Origin: Actinomycetes bacterium | Lineage (GTDB): Bacteria > Actinomycetota > Actinomycetes > JBOGEN01 | NCBI GenBank assembly: GCA_050743265.1 | Contig: JBOGEN010000069.1 | Location: 1,987 to 65,986 of the forward strand | Reading direction: 5' to 3' | DNA: 64,000 nt | Part shown: positions 17,244 to 27,529 of the stretch, piece after piece | Numbering within the stretch: position 1 is the first letter of the stretch | Layout: every line of letters begins with the position of its first letter | Translations under genes and position numbers: made by a program | The notes under the pieces: generated by a model | Database searches by the model: none | What the model was told of the DNA's origin: nothing | What the model saw: only the letters and a program-made list of their open reading frames with translations

Positions 17244-19406
17244 GTGAGCGACAAGCCCGCGCCCGATGGCACGGCCGCCATCGACGCGTCCCCCGCGGAC
17301 GCCGCCTCCTCCGGGGGTCGTGCGACCCTGGCTCACCGCCTGCTCTGGGCCCTGGTCGCCATGCTCCTCCCGGTGATGGCGGTCGTGGTGTCGGGCATGG
17401 TGACCTTCCAATCCTCGGTCGGTGCACTCGAGCAGTTCCGCCACGAGACGGTGGAGGAGGCCAGCGTCATCGAGGGGCTCCGCGACCGCCTGTCAGCCGC
17501 AGACGACGCGGGTGAGGCGGTCGTCGAGGGTGGCAAGCCCCTCTCGAGCGGGGAGTTCAACCGTCTGGCCGGGCGCATCGATGCCGACTTCGACCACCTC
17601 ACCATGCTCGACGCGCACCAGGAACGCCACATGCTCGCCAAGGCCCAAGAGATTTGGGCGATCTCGTACGACGACCTACGCACCGCCGCCCGAAAGTCGG
17701 ACGGCACCAACGCGGACGCCCTGCTCGACCCCTTCCACGACCACATCGACCAGGCCGTGTCGGCCCTGGCTGACCTGCACGCGTACCAGGGCAAGCAGGT
17801 CGCGAGCGAGATCACGTCCCTCCGCGGTCGGGAGCAGGTCCAGCTCCTCCTTGCCCTGGGGGGTCTCGCCGTTGGCCTTGTGCTGGCCGTGGGCCTGGCC
17901 TGGCGGTTGCGCCGGTCCATCACACGTCCTCTCCACGAGCTGGAGACCGCCGCGTCCACGTTCGGCGCCGACGACTTCACCCACCGTGTCGGGGTGCGCG
18001 GTGACGACGAGCTGGCGCGGGTGGGCCGGGCGTTCAACTCGATGGCGGCCAAGCTGGAGAAGAGCCGGTCCGAGCTGGAGCACCACGCCCTCCACGACGG
18101 CCTCACCGGCCTGCCCAACCGGGTGCTGTTCATGGAGCGGTTGGATCACGCGCTGGCCCGCGCCCAGCGGAGAGGGACGCCCGTCTCGGTGCTGTACGTC
18201 GACCTGGACGACTTCAAGATCGTGAATGACACGCTCGGGCACGAGGCCGGCGACAGGCTGCTCATCGCGTGCTCGGAGCGGCTGCTCACCTGCGTCCGTC
18301 TCGAGGACACCGTCGCCCGCCTGGGTGGGGACGAGTTCGGCATCCTTATCGAGGACACCGGCGAGAGCGCGGCGACCGCGGCGACCCGCATCACCCAAGC
18401 GTTCAGCAGCGTCTGGCCGGTCATCGGCGGCCAGGTCGCGGTCAGGGCCAGCGTGGGTGTCGCGACCCTCGACGGTCACGGTGACGTCGACCATCTGCTG
18501 CGCCAGGCCGACGCCGCCATGTACGCCGCGAAGGCGCAGGGCAAGGGCACCTGGCGGATCTTCGGACGAGAGCTGGACGCCGACGTCCTCAAGGCACAGC
18601 GGACGCGGCTCGAGCTCAGCACAGCCATCGAGCGGGGCGAGCTCGTCGCCCACTACCAGCCGCTCGTCGACCTCGACTCCGGGACCATCGAAGGGGTCGA
18701 GGCGCTCGTGCGGTGGGGGCACCCCGAGCGCGGCCTGTTGTCCCCAGCCGAGTTCCTCGACGTCGCCGAGCAGAGCGGGCAGGTGCTCGACATCGACGCC
18801 TTCATGCTGCGTGAGGCCTGCCAGCAGGTCAGGACGTGGCAGCGCCGGTCCGCGGCGACCGCCGACATGTACGTCAGCGTGAACCTCTCGGCACAGCAGC
18901 TGCACCGTCCTCGCGTCGCCGAGCGGGTCGCCGAGGCGCTCGACGCGTCCGGACTGGCGCCGCACCACCTGGTCCTGGAGATCACCGAGTCCGCCCTCAT
19001 CCACGACACCAGGACCGCGGCGGCCGAGCTCGCGCGCATCAAGGGCCTGGGCGTACGCCTGGCGCTCGACGACTTCGGGACGGGCTACTCCTCGTTGAGC
19101 CACCTGCTCCGTTTCCCGATCGACATCATCAAGATCGACAAGTCGTTCGTCTCGGCCATCGGCGAGGACCCCATGTCCGAGCTCGCGCTGGGTCTGGTCA
19201 AGCTCGCCAGGGCCATGCACCTGAAGACCGTGGCCGAAGGCGTCGAGACCGAGCGGCAGCTGCGCGCCCTGCGCCAAGTGCTCTGCGAGAGCGGTCAGGG
19301 CTTCTACTTCGCCGCGGGACTCCCTGCCGCGGAGATGGCGGAACTGCTGCCCGACGGGGCCGTGGGCTCGGCCATGGCCATCTCCCCCGCCGTACGCGGC
19401 GCCTAG
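17244..19406 (+). CDS. Sensor protein with periplasmic domain, HAMP, GGDEF and EAL domains
   Basis: 'RLGGDEFGILI' (GGDEF) and 'EALVRW...DDFGTGYSSLSHL' (EAL). The GTG start at 17244 is preceded by GAGGAG; an alternative ATG lies at 17178. Confidence 0.85.
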   Translation: MSDKPAPDGTAAIDASPADAASSGGRATLAHRLLWALVAMLLPVMAVVVSGMVTFQSSVGALEQFRHETVEEASVIEGLRDRLSAADDAGEAVVEGGKPLSSGEFNRLAGRIDADFDHLTMLDAHQERHMLAKAQEIWAISYDDLRTAARKSDGTNADALLDPFHDHIDQAVSALADLHAYQGKQVASEITSLRGREQVQLLLALGGLAVGLVLAVGLAWRLRRSITRPLHELETAASTFGADDFTHRVGVRGDDELARVGRAFNSMAAKLEKSRSELEHHALHDGLTGLPNRVLFMERLDHALARAQRRGTPVSVLYVDLDDFKIVNDTLGHEAGDRLLIACSERLLTCVRLEDTVARLGGDEFGILIEDTGESAATAATRITQAFSSVWPVIGGQVAVRASVGVATLDGHGDVDHLLRQADAAMYAAKAQGKGTWRIFGRELDADVLKAQRTRLELSTAIERGELVAHYQPLVDLDSGTIEGVEALVRWGHPERGLLSPAEFLDVAEQSGQVLDIDAFMLREACQQVRTWQRRSAATADMYVSVNLSAQQLHRPRVAERVAEALDASGLAPHHLVLEITESALIHDTRTAAAELARIKGLGVRLALDDFGTGYSSLSHLLRFPIDIIKIDKSFVSAIGEDPMSELALGLVKLARAMHLKTVAEGVETERQLRALRQVLCESGQGFYFAAGLPAAEMAELLPDGAVGSAMAISPAVRGA

Positions 19407-20473
19407 CGACACCCGAGGCGTGGTGCGGAGATCGGGCTCCCCTCGAGCACCTGCTCGGCAACGTGGCAGGCCGACAGCCGCGCTGCCCCGCCGTTCTCGG
19501 GCTGCCTGAGTCCGGGGGTCTCGGTCACGCACCGCTCCTCGGCCAGGGGGCAGCGGGTGTGGAAGCGACAGCCGGCCGGCGGGTCGCTCGGGGACGGAGG
19601 GTCCCCGGCCAGGACGACCCGGGATGCGAGGCTCCCCCGGCGGGCGCGGTCGACGACCGGAGAGGCCGACAGCAGGGCTCGGGTGTACGGGTGCGCCGGC
19701 GTGGCGTACACGGTCGAGGTGTCGCCGAGCTCCGCCAGCCGCCCGAGGTACATCACCGCCACACGGTCGGACACGTGCCGGACGACGGACAGGTCGTGCG
19801 CGATGAACACGACCGTGAGCCCGAGTCGCCGCTGCAGGTCGCGCAGGAGGTTCACGACCTGCGCCTGCACCGACATGTCCAACGCCGACACCGGCTCGTC
19901 ACAGACCAGCACCTCGGGGCCGAGCGCGAGGGCGCGCGCGATGCCGATCCGCTGGCGTTGCCCGCCCGAGAACTGGTGGGGGTAGCGGTCGCCGAGGTCG
20001 GCCGACAGGCCGACGAGCGAGAGCAGCTCGGCGACCCGCTGGCGGCGTGCGGCGCGGTCGCCCCTCCGGGAGGCGGCCAGCGGCTCCGCGACCGTCTCGG
20101 CGACCGTCATGCGGGGGTCCAGTGACGTGTACGGGTCCTGGAACACCATCTGCACGCTCTCGCGGATCAGCCGCCGGTCCGCGCGGCCCTCGCCAGCGAT
20201 CGGACGGCCGCGGAACGTGATGCTGCCGGCATCGGGCTTCTCGAGGCCGGTGATCATGCGGGCCAGCGTGGACTTCCCGCACCCGGACTCGCCCACGATG
20301 CCGAGCGACTCCCCCGCCCGGAGGGTGAGGTCCACCCCGTCCACGGCCGAGAGCCGCTGGCGGCGTAGGCCGGCCGTGCCGACGGCGAACGTCTTGACCA
20401 GGCCCCGCGCCTCGAGCACGCTGCCGGCCCGGTCCACCGGCGGGGACGCGACCGGCGCGACGTCCTGGCTCAC
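19403..20473 (-). CDS. dppF: Oligo/dipeptide ABC transporter ATP-binding protein (DppF/OppF-like)
   Basis: Walker A 'GESGCGKST', signature 'FSGGQRQRIGIARAL', and a C-terminal oligopeptide-transporter domain. Confidence 0.9.
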   Translation of the reverse strand: MSQDVAPVASPPVDRAGSVLEARGLVKTFAVGTAGLRRQRLSAVDGVDLTLRAGESLGIVGESGCGKSTLARMITGLEKPDAGSITFRGRPIAGEGRADRRLIRESVQMVFQDPYTSLDPRMTVAETVAEPLAASRRGDRAARRQRVAELLSLVGLSADLGDRYPHQFSGGQRQRIGIARALALGPEVLVCDEPVSALDMSVQAQVVNLLRDLQRRLGLTVVFIAHDLSVVRHVSDRVAVMYLGRLAELGDTSTVYATPAHPYTRALLSASPVVDRARRGSLASRVVLAGDPPSPSDPPAGCRFHTRCPLAEERCVTETPGLRQPENGGAARLSACHVAEQVLEGSPISAPRLGCR

Positions 20474-21492
20474 GACAGCACCTCCTCGGCCCGGTGACAG
20501 GCCGCCCCGCGTCCGCCGAGGTCACGCAGCTCGGGTCTCGTGTCGCGGCACCGCTCAACGGTGAACGTGCAGCGCGGGTGGAAGGCGCAGCCGGTCGGCA
20601 GGCTGGCCTGGTTCGGGGGCGAGCCGGGTATGGCGAGCAGGTCCCTCCCCAGGCCCTCCGCCTGCGGGACGGAGTGCATGAGCGCGCGGGTGTACGGGTG
20701 GGCCGGCCGGGTCAGCACGTCGTCGCCGTCCCCGTGCTCCACGATGCGCCCGGCGTACATGACCGTCACCCTGTCCGCCACCTCGCAGACGACGCCGAGG
20801 TCGTGCGTGATGAGCAGGACGCCCATGTCGAGCTCGCGCCGCAGGCGGTCGACCAGCTCGAGGACCTGTGCCTGCACGGTGACGTCGAGCGCGGTGGTGG
20901 GCTCGTCCGCGATGAGCAGCTCCGGCTCGAGCGCGATGGCCATGGCGATGAGGATGCGCTGCCGCATCCCGCCGGAGAACTGGTGGGGGTAGTCCCCGCA
21001 ACGGCGTCCCGGGTCGGGGATGCCCACGAGGCCGAGCAGCTCCTCGGCCCGGCGCCGCGTCTGCCTCCGGCTGACGTCCGCGTGCGCGCGAAGCAGCTCC
21101 CCGATCTGGTCGCCGATGGACAGGACGGGGTTGAGCGCGGACAGCGCGTCCTGGAAGACCAGGCTCATGCGCCGCCCCCGCAGCCCGCGCAGCTCCTCCG
21201 GCCCGGCGGTGAGCAGGTCGGTGTCGCCGAGCCTCAGCTCCCGCGCCCGCAGTGCACCGTTGTCGGGGACGAGCCCCATGACGGCCCGGGCCGTCACCGA
21301 CTTGCCCGAGCCGGACTCGCCGAGCAGCGCCACGAGCTCCCCGCGGGACACGTCGAGGTCGACGTCCACGACGGCCGGCAGGGGCCCGCGCCGGGTGGCG
21401 AAGTCCACCGACAGCCCGCGGACCGCCAAGGCGACGTCGCCCCGCCCATGGTGCCCGGCGGCCTCCCGCACGGCCGCTGGACCGATCGTCAT
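20470..21492 (-). CDS. dppD: Oligo/dipeptide ABC transporter ATP-binding protein (DppD/OppD-like)
   Basis: 'GESGSGKSV' and 'FSGGMRQRILIAMAI'; the start is the internal ATG ('MTIGPAA') with a GAGGGG RBS. Confidence 0.9.
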   Translation of the reverse strand: MTIGPAAVREAAGHHGRGDVALAVRGLSVDFATRRGPLPAVVDVDLDVSRGELVALLGESGSGKSVTARAVMGLVPDNGALRARELRLGDTDLLTAGPEELRGLRGRRMSLVFQDALSALNPVLSIGDQIGELLRAHADVSRRQTRRRAEELLGLVGIPDPGRRCGDYPHQFSGGMRQRILIAMAIALEPELLIADEPTTALDVTVQAQVLELVDRLRRELDMGVLLITHDLGVVCEVADRVTVMYAGRIVEHGDGDDVLTRPAHPYTRALMHSVPQAEGLGRDLLAIPGSPPNQASLPTGCAFHPRCTFTVERCRDTRPELRDLGGRGAACHRAEEVLS

Positions 21493-21645
21493 GTGGGTCG
21501 CCCCTCTGCCTGGATCTAACGGGTGACACTCCCAGGTGCCGGATCTTTGCGACAAACCTTGACATTACCGCCGATCGTTGACAAGAGTTCCGCCTGATCC
21601 GCCGCTGCCACGCCGGCACAGGCCGGTGAGAGGAGCCGAACCACG

Positions 21646-22854
21646 GTGCTGGAACCCGCGAAGCGCTACGCCGGCTACACCGCGTACGACTACCTCGAGG
21701 CAGGCAAGGACTTCCGCGACGTCCGCTACGCGAAGCAGGTCGGGCGCGTGCCCCCGTACGCCGGGCTCGACCTGACCGACGCCCAGGCGGAGCGGACCCG
21801 TCGCCTGCTCACGGACGAGGTCGTCATCTCGCTGCACGAGCACGTGCAGGTCTTCCCCGAGGACATGGGCGAGCTCCGCGAGCACATCCGGCAGGGCCGG
21901 GAGCCCACGGGGTACGAGGGGCTGTCCCGGTCGGGCCTCACCGCCGTGTTCGACAACGGCATGGACGGCACCTGCTGCATCAGCAGCGACGCCGGCTGGA
22001 AGTACCAGGATGTGCTGTTCGACCTCGGCGTCCGCATGTCCGACCTGGCGCACCAGGACTTCGTGGTCAAGGCCGAGTCGCTGCAGGACATCTTCGACGC
22101 CCACGACACGGGACGCGTCGCGCACGTGTTCGGCCTGGAGGCCGCGACCCCCATCGAGAACGAGGTCGACCGGCTGGACGTGCTCTACGGCTTCGGCGTG
22201 CGGCAGATCGGCATCGCGTACTCCGAGGCGAACACGCTCGGCAGCGGGCTCAAGGAGCGCGGGGACGGCGGACTCACCTACTTCGGCGAGCGGGCCGTCG
22301 AGCGCATGAACAAGCTCGGCATCGCCATCGACGTGTCCCACTCGGGCGACCGGACCTCGCAGGAGGTCATCGAGAAGTCCACCAAGCCGATCTTCATCAC
22401 GCACGCGGGCTCGCGGGAGGTCTGGCCGACCAACCGGATGAAGCCGGACTCGGTCATCCGCGCATGCGCCGAGCGGGGTGGCGTCCTCGGTCTTGAGGCG
22501 GCGCCGCACACCACGCTCTCCCCCGAGCACCCGCGGCACACGCTCGAGTCGGTCATGGACCACTTCACCCACTGCGTGGACCTCGTGGGCATCGAGCACG
22601 TGGCGTTCGGCCCGGACACGCTCTTCGGCGACCACGTCGCTCTGCACCACGCGTTCGCGGGCAACCTCTCGATCGGCCAGGCCCACGGCCACGTCGACTT
22701 CGAGGAGGTCGAGTACGTCGACGGGCTCGAGAACCCGGCCGAGTGCTTCTGGAACATCATCGGCTGGCTCGTGGCGCACGACTACTCCGACGACGAGATC
22801 CGGGCCGTCACCGGCGGCAACATCCTGCGAGTCCTCCGAGAGGTGTGGTTCTGA
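21646..22854 (+). CDS. Membrane dipeptidase (peptidase family M19)
   Basis: '...VDVSHSGDRTSQEV...FITHAG...' is typical of renal-dipeptidase-like enzymes; GAGGAG RBS. Confidence 0.85.
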   Translation: MLEPAKRYAGYTAYDYLEAGKDFRDVRYAKQVGRVPPYAGLDLTDAQAERTRRLLTDEVVISLHEHVQVFPEDMGELREHIRQGREPTGYEGLSRSGLTAVFDNGMDGTCCISSDAGWKYQDVLFDLGVRMSDLAHQDFVVKAESLQDIFDAHDTGRVAHVFGLEAATPIENEVDRLDVLYGFGVRQIGIAYSEANTLGSGLKERGDGGLTYFGERAVERMNKLGIAIDVSHSGDRTSQEVIEKSTKPIFITHAGSREVWPTNRMKPDSVIRACAERGGVLGLEAAPHTTLSPEHPRHTLESVMDHFTHCVDLVGIEHVAFGPDTLFGDHVALHHAFAGNLSIGQAHGHVDFEEVEYVDGLENPAECFWNIIGWLVAHDYSDDEIRAVTGGNILRVLREVWF

Positions 22855-24455
22855 TGGGTTCAGAGGGCTGGCGGACGAGGCGCAGGACGCTCGTCGCCGC
22901 TGCCGGTGCGCTGGGTCTCGCGGTGTCGCTCGCCGCAGGCTGCGCCCCCTCCGCACCCGAGGAGGGGTCGGGCGAGGGCACCACGCTCACCATCGCCACG
23001 ACCACGGACGTCGCGAACTTCAACCCCCTGATCGGGAACAGCCGTACCGACTACTGGGTGACGAACCTCATGTACCCGCACCTGCTGACGATCGCGCCGG
23101 ACGGGACGAAGAAGCCCGCCCTCGCGACCGAGTGGGGGTACGAGACGCCCACGAAGGGCTTCTACGAGATCCGCGACGACATGAAATGGAGCGACGGTGA
23201 GAAACTGACCGCCGAGGACGTGGCCTTCACGCTCAACGCGGTGAAGCAGGACAAGCCGGTCGGCGTCCTCATCGGCCAGATGTCCAACTTCGCCTCAGCC
23301 GAGGCCGTGTCCCCCACCCGCGTGGAGCTCACCCTCACCAAGCCGGACGCGACGCTGGTCCCCGAGATCGGGTTCTGGGGCAACGTCGTCCCCGAGCACG
23401 TGTTCGGCAAGGTCCCGAGCGTCGCCAAGTTCGCGAACGACTCCGACTGGGTCAGCGCGGGGCCGTACCGCCTCACGAAGGTGGCGAAGGGCCAGAGCTA
23501 CACGCTCAAGCGCGTCACGCCGTACCCGTTCGCCCCCGGCGGCACGCCGAAGGTCGGCAAGGTCGTCTACAAGGTCTACCCGGACGTGAACACCGAGATC
23601 CTCGCGCTGAAGAACGGCGACGTGGACGTGGTGGCCAACGCCCTCCCGCCGGCACAGGTCGACCCGCTGAAGAACACGGACGGAGTCAGCGTCAAGCGCG
23701 TGCCGGGGCTGGGCTACGCCCACATGACGTACAACATGACCAAGAAGCCCCTCGACGACGAGCGGGTGCGCCGTGCACTGGCGCACGCCGTCGACTACGA
23801 GTCGATCCGCGAGGTCGTCCTGCAGGGCCAGGCGGTCTCCACCGGCAGCAGCCCGATCCCGCCGATGCTGCGCGCCCACGAGCCGCTCGAGGAGTACGCG
23901 TTCGACCCGGAGGAGTCGAAGCGGCTGCTGGCCGACGCCGGCTACGGGCCGAACGGCAAGTCGCTGAAGCTGCGGATGATCTACTCGCTGCAGGACCCGG
24001 TCACGGCCCAGTGGACCAACCTGGTCAAGGACGACGCCGCCAAGGCGGGCATCCAGATCGAGCCGCAGGGCCTCGAGCGCAACACGTACCTGGCGAAGAC
24101 GGCCGAGGGCGACTTCGACGTCTACGCGGGCAACTTCGCGATCATGGACGACCCCGCCACCAACATGACGCTCACGTACCTGCCGGGCGGCGCGATCAAC
24201 TACTCCTACGTCGACGACCCGAAGCTCTCGTCCCTGGTCACCAAGGCCCAGGCGACGACGGACGAGGCCGAGCAGACGCAGCTCGTGCAGCAGGCCGCCC
24301 GGATCGTGCACGACAACGTCTACGACAACGTCATGTACACGCAGCACCTGTACGTGGCGCACCGCGACTCGTGGACGGGCTTCGAGGTCAAGCCCAGCGA
24401 GCTGCTCTCCGTCGTCGACCCGCAGTCGCTCGCGAACGTGGCTCCGGCAGGCTGA
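22854..24455 (+). CDS. ABC transporter substrate-binding lipoprotein, family 5 (peptide/nickel)
   Basis: Signal peptide plus lipobox 'LAVSLAAGC'; the ATG overlaps the upstream stop (TGATG). Confidence 0.9.
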   Translation: MGSEGWRTRRRTLVAAAGALGLAVSLAAGCAPSAPEEGSGEGTTLTIATTTDVANFNPLIGNSRTDYWVTNLMYPHLLTIAPDGTKKPALATEWGYETPTKGFYEIRDDMKWSDGEKLTAEDVAFTLNAVKQDKPVGVLIGQMSNFASAEAVSPTRVELTLTKPDATLVPEIGFWGNVVPEHVFGKVPSVAKFANDSDWVSAGPYRLTKVAKGQSYTLKRVTPYPFAPGGTPKVGKVVYKVYPDVNTEILALKNGDVDVVANALPPAQVDPLKNTDGVSVKRVPGLGYAHMTYNMTKKPLDDERVRRALAHAVDYESIREVVLQGQAVSTGSSPIPPMLRAHEPLEEYAFDPEESKRLLADAGYGPNGKSLKLRMIYSLQDPVTAQWTNLVKDDAAKAGIQIEPQGLERNTYLAKTAEGDFDVYAGNFAIMDDPATNMTLTYLPGGAINYSYVDDPKLSSLVTKAQATTDEAEQTQLVQQAARIVHDNVYDNVMYTQHLYVAHRDSWTGFEVKPSELLSVVDPQSLANVAPAG

Positions 24456-24465
24456 CAGGAGGACC

Positions 24466-25431
24466 GTGCCGCCTCTCGCCGTCTTCACGCTGCGCCGTGT
24501 GGCACGCGGCCTGCTGACGATCTGGTTCGCCGTGTCGGTGACGTTCCTGCTGCTCCGGCTGCTGCCGGGCGACCCGGCGCTCGCCATCGCCGAGCCGACG
24601 ATGACCGAGGCGACACGCCAGGAGCTGCTCCGCCAGTACGGCCTCGACCAGCCGCTGGCGGTGCAGTACGTCAAGTACCTGGGCGAGCTGCTCCATGGCA
24701 ACCTCGGGATCTCGTTCACCCAGTCGGTGCCCGTCACCGACGTCCTGCTCGAGCGCCTGCCCTGGACGCTCCTGCTCACCGGGGCGGCGCTGCTCCTCAC
24801 GGTCGTGCTCGGCGTCCCGCTCGGCGTCGCGGCCGCGACCCATGCCAAGGGGCGGCTCGACCGGGTCGTCCAGATGGCCGCGGTCACCGGGCAGTCCCTG
24901 TTCGTACCCAGCGTGGGCATCCTGCTGCTGTTCGTCCTCGGGCTGCAGCTGGGCGCCTTCCCGATCGGCGGGGCGTACGAGGAGGGGGCGTACGGCATGG
25001 CCTGGTACGCCAGCGTGCTGCACCACCTGGTCCTGCCGTGCCTCTCCCTCGTCCTCGTGCAGCTCGGGTCCTACGTGCTCACCCTGCGCTCGACGCTGAT
25101 CGAGACGCTCGGGGAGGACTACTGCGCCCTCGCCCGGGCCAACGGCGTCGCCGAGCGCCGTGTCGTGTGGAAGCACGCGCTGCGCAACGCGCTGTTGCCC
25201 ACGACGACGCTCATCGGCCTGCAGCTCGGGTTCCTCGTCGGTGGTGCCGTACTCACGGAGACGATCTATGCGTACCCGGGCGTCGGCCGAGGGATCTTCG
25301 AGGCCGTCACCGAGCTGGACTTCCCGGTCCTGCAGGGCGCCTTTGTGCTGCTCGCGGCGACGGTCGTGCTCGCCAACATGTGCACCGACCTCCTCTACGG
25401 CCTGCTCGACCCCCGGGTGAGGACCGCGTGA
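24466..25431 (+). CDS. dppB: ABC transporter permease (DppB-like)
   Basis: AGGAGG RBS, 6 transmembrane helices, and the EAA-like motif 'ETLGEDYCALARANG'. Confidence 0.9.
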   Translation: MPPLAVFTLRRVARGLLTIWFAVSVTFLLLRLLPGDPALAIAEPTMTEATRQELLRQYGLDQPLAVQYVKYLGELLHGNLGISFTQSVPVTDVLLERLPWTLLLTGAALLLTVVLGVPLGVAAATHAKGRLDRVVQMAAVTGQSLFVPSVGILLLFVLGLQLGAFPIGGAYEEGAYGMAWYASVLHHLVLPCLSLVLVQLGSYVLTLRSTLIETLGEDYCALARANGVAERRVVWKHALRNALLPTTTLIGLQLGFLVGGAVLTETIYAYPGVGRGIFEAVTELDFPVLQGAFVLLAATVVLANMCTDLLYGLLDPRVRTA

Positions 25432-26327
25432 GCGCCACGGTCGACGTCGGCACCGCCGCCGTCGGAGTCGCCGAGCCGGTCAGCGAGGCGCCGACCGCCG
25501 CACGGGCGACCTGGGCGACGCTGCGGCGCAACCCGCTCGCCCTGCTCGCCTTCGGTGTGCTCGCGCTGCTCCTCCTCGCTGCCCTGGCGGCCCCGCTGGT
25601 CGCGGACTACCCCGAGGGACACGGCCCGGACGTCCTCGAGGGCCCGTCCGCGGCGCACTGGTTCGGCACCGACAACCTCGGACGGGACATCTTCGCGCAG
25701 GTCCTCTACGGCACCCAGGTGAGCATGCTCGTCGCGGTGTGCTCGTCCGTCCTCGCGATCGCGATCGGCGTGGCCATCGCCGTGGTAGGCGCGTACTTCT
25801 CACGGGTCGACCCGGCCGTGGGCGTGCTCGTGGACCTGTGCCTCTCGCTGCCGGTGCTCCCGCTGATGATCCTGGTGGCCGCGCTCGCCGGACCGAGCCT
25901 GCAGACGCTGGTGCTCGTCGTCGCCTTCTTCTCCTGGCCCGAGGTGACCCGCGTCGTCCGGTCGCAGTCCCTGTCCGTGGTGACCCTTCCGTACATGGAC
26001 GCGGCCCGGCTCATGACCACGTCGCACTGGTGGATCATCCGCAAACACCTGCTGCCCGCCGTCACCCCGGTCGTGGTCGTCTCCATCGTGCTCACGGCTT
26101 CCCGGGCCGTCCTCTCCGCCGCCGGGCTGGCGTTCCTCGGGCTGGGCGACCCCAACAGCTGGTCGTGGGGTCGCATCCTGTACGAGTCGCAGCAGTCGGG
26201 TGCGATGTCGAGCGCCTGGTGGACGACCCTGTTCCCGTCGCTGGCGATCCTCGCGCTCGTCCTGGCGGCCACGCTGCTCTCCATCGCGTACAACGACGCC
26301 CGCAACCCGCGCACCCGGGAGAGCTGA
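25428..26327 (+). CDS. dppC: ABC transporter permease (DppC-like)
   Basis: GTGA overlap with dppB; 'WFGTDNLGRDIFAQVLYG' is typical of DppC N-termini. Confidence 0.9.
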   Translation: MSATVDVGTAAVGVAEPVSEAPTAARATWATLRRNPLALLAFGVLALLLLAALAAPLVADYPEGHGPDVLEGPSAAHWFGTDNLGRDIFAQVLYGTQVSMLVAVCSSVLAIAIGVAIAVVGAYFSRVDPAVGVLVDLCLSLPVLPLMILVAALAGPSLQTLVLVVAFFSWPEVTRVVRSQSLSVVTLPYMDAARLMTTSHWWIIRKHLLPAVTPVVVVSIVLTASRAVLSAAGLAFLGLGDPNSWSWGRILYESQQSGAMSSAWWTTLFPSLAILALVLAATLLSIAYNDARNPRTRES

Positions 26328-26328
26328 C

Positions 26329-27504
26329 GTGGCCTTCTCGCAACGCCTTCCTGCCGAGCACTACCGGGCCGTGCAGGCCCGGGTCCGGGAGCGCGCCATC
26401 CAGGCGGGGCTCGACGCGCTGCTGCTCGACGACCCCGAGGACGTGGCGTACCTCACCGGCTTCTTCCACTTCCCCTGCGAGCGGCCGGTCGCCGTCTGGC
26501 TCTGCGGGACGGGGGCGACCGTCGTCCTGGTGCCCGAGCTCGAGCGCGAGCACGCCGAGGACCAGCAGACCGTGGCCGACCTCGTGGCCTCCCCGGAGTA
26601 CCCGGGCGTGGTCGGCCCCTTCGAGGCCCTCGCCGCGGCGGTGCCCGCCGTCGAACGCGTCGGGCATGCCGCGAGCATGTCGGTGGGGCGGCTCCGCCAG
26701 GCCCAGGCCGGGTTCCCCGGGGTCACGTTCCTCGAGACCGACGTGGTGGACCTGGCGCGGCGGCGCAAGGGTCCCGCGGAGCTGGCCCTGCACGAGGAGG
26801 CGGCGCGGATCAGCGACGCGATGCTGGTCGCCGGGCGCCATCTCGTGGAGGAGGCGGTCGCCGCGGGAGGTGCGCTCCCTACCGAGGCCGAGCTCGCGGC
26901 CCACGTCACGTCGTACGGGACGTCGACGATGTACGGCGAGCACGAGGCCGTCGTGGTGGTCTCCCCGCTCGCGGGCGGACTCGTCTACGCCGGTCCGAAC
27001 AGCGCCCGTCCGCACCGGCTGCCCTCGGCGTCCCGGCTGCGTCCAGGGGACACCTTCATGCTGTCGCTGGGCTGCGCCGTCGGAGGACGCTACGTCGAGA
27101 GCGAGCGCACGTTCGTGCTCGGCGACCCGACTCCTGACCAACGGCGGTACTACGAGGCCGTACGGCAGGCGCAGCAGGTCGGCGGCGAGGCGATCCGGCC
27201 GGGCGCGCGCTGCGCCGACGTCAACCGGACGTGTCTCGACGTGATCCGTGACGCGGGCCTGGGTCAGCACCTGCGGCACCGGCAGGGCCACGGCATCGGC
27301 CTCGGCATGCACGAGCCCCCCTGGCTCGAGGACGGGGACGCCTCGGTGCTGGAGCCCGGGATGATCGTGTCCAACGAGCCCGGCATCTACGTCGACGGGC
27401 ACGCCGGGTATCGGATGTCCGACAGTGTTCTCGTCACCGACGAGGGCGCACGACCGCTGACGTCGTACCCTCGCGCCCTCGACGACGTCGTCATCGCCCT
27501 CTGA
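26329..27504 (+). CDS. M24 family metallopeptidase (Xaa-Pro aminopeptidase/prolidase-like)
   Basis: 'HGIGLGMHEPP...GMIVSNEPGIY' is the pita-bread fold metal site; GTG start immediately after the dppC stop. Confidence 0.85.
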   Translation: MAFSQRLPAEHYRAVQARVRERAIQAGLDALLLDDPEDVAYLTGFFHFPCERPVAVWLCGTGATVVLVPELEREHAEDQQTVADLVASPEYPGVVGPFEALAAAVPAVERVGHAASMSVGRLRQAQAGFPGVTFLETDVVDLARRRKGPAELALHEEAARISDAMLVAGRHLVEEAVAAGGALPTEAELAAHVTSYGTSTMYGEHEAVVVVSPLAGGLVYAGPNSARPHRLPSASRLRPGDTFMLSLGCAVGGRYVESERTFVLGDPTPDQRRYYEAVRQAQQVGGEAIRPGARCADVNRTCLDVIRDAGLGQHLRHRQGHGIGLGMHEPPWLEDGDASVLEPGMIVSNEPGIYVDGHAGYRMSDSVLVTDEGARPLTSYPRALDDVVIAL

Positions 27505-27529
27505 GCACCGAACCCGCTGGGGAGCCCAC

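Noticed and set aside
17676-19532. 618-aa minus-strand ORF, plus similar ORFs 23295..24998(-), 21565..22956(-), 42939..44441(-), 44168..46192(-), 5153..6295(-), 5386..6432(+), 6588..7916(-) and 38460..40523(+)
   Set aside because: Each is antisense to, or frame-shifted against, a gene with strong family motifs, and shows R/P/G/A/H-biased composition. None has an RBS or start context.
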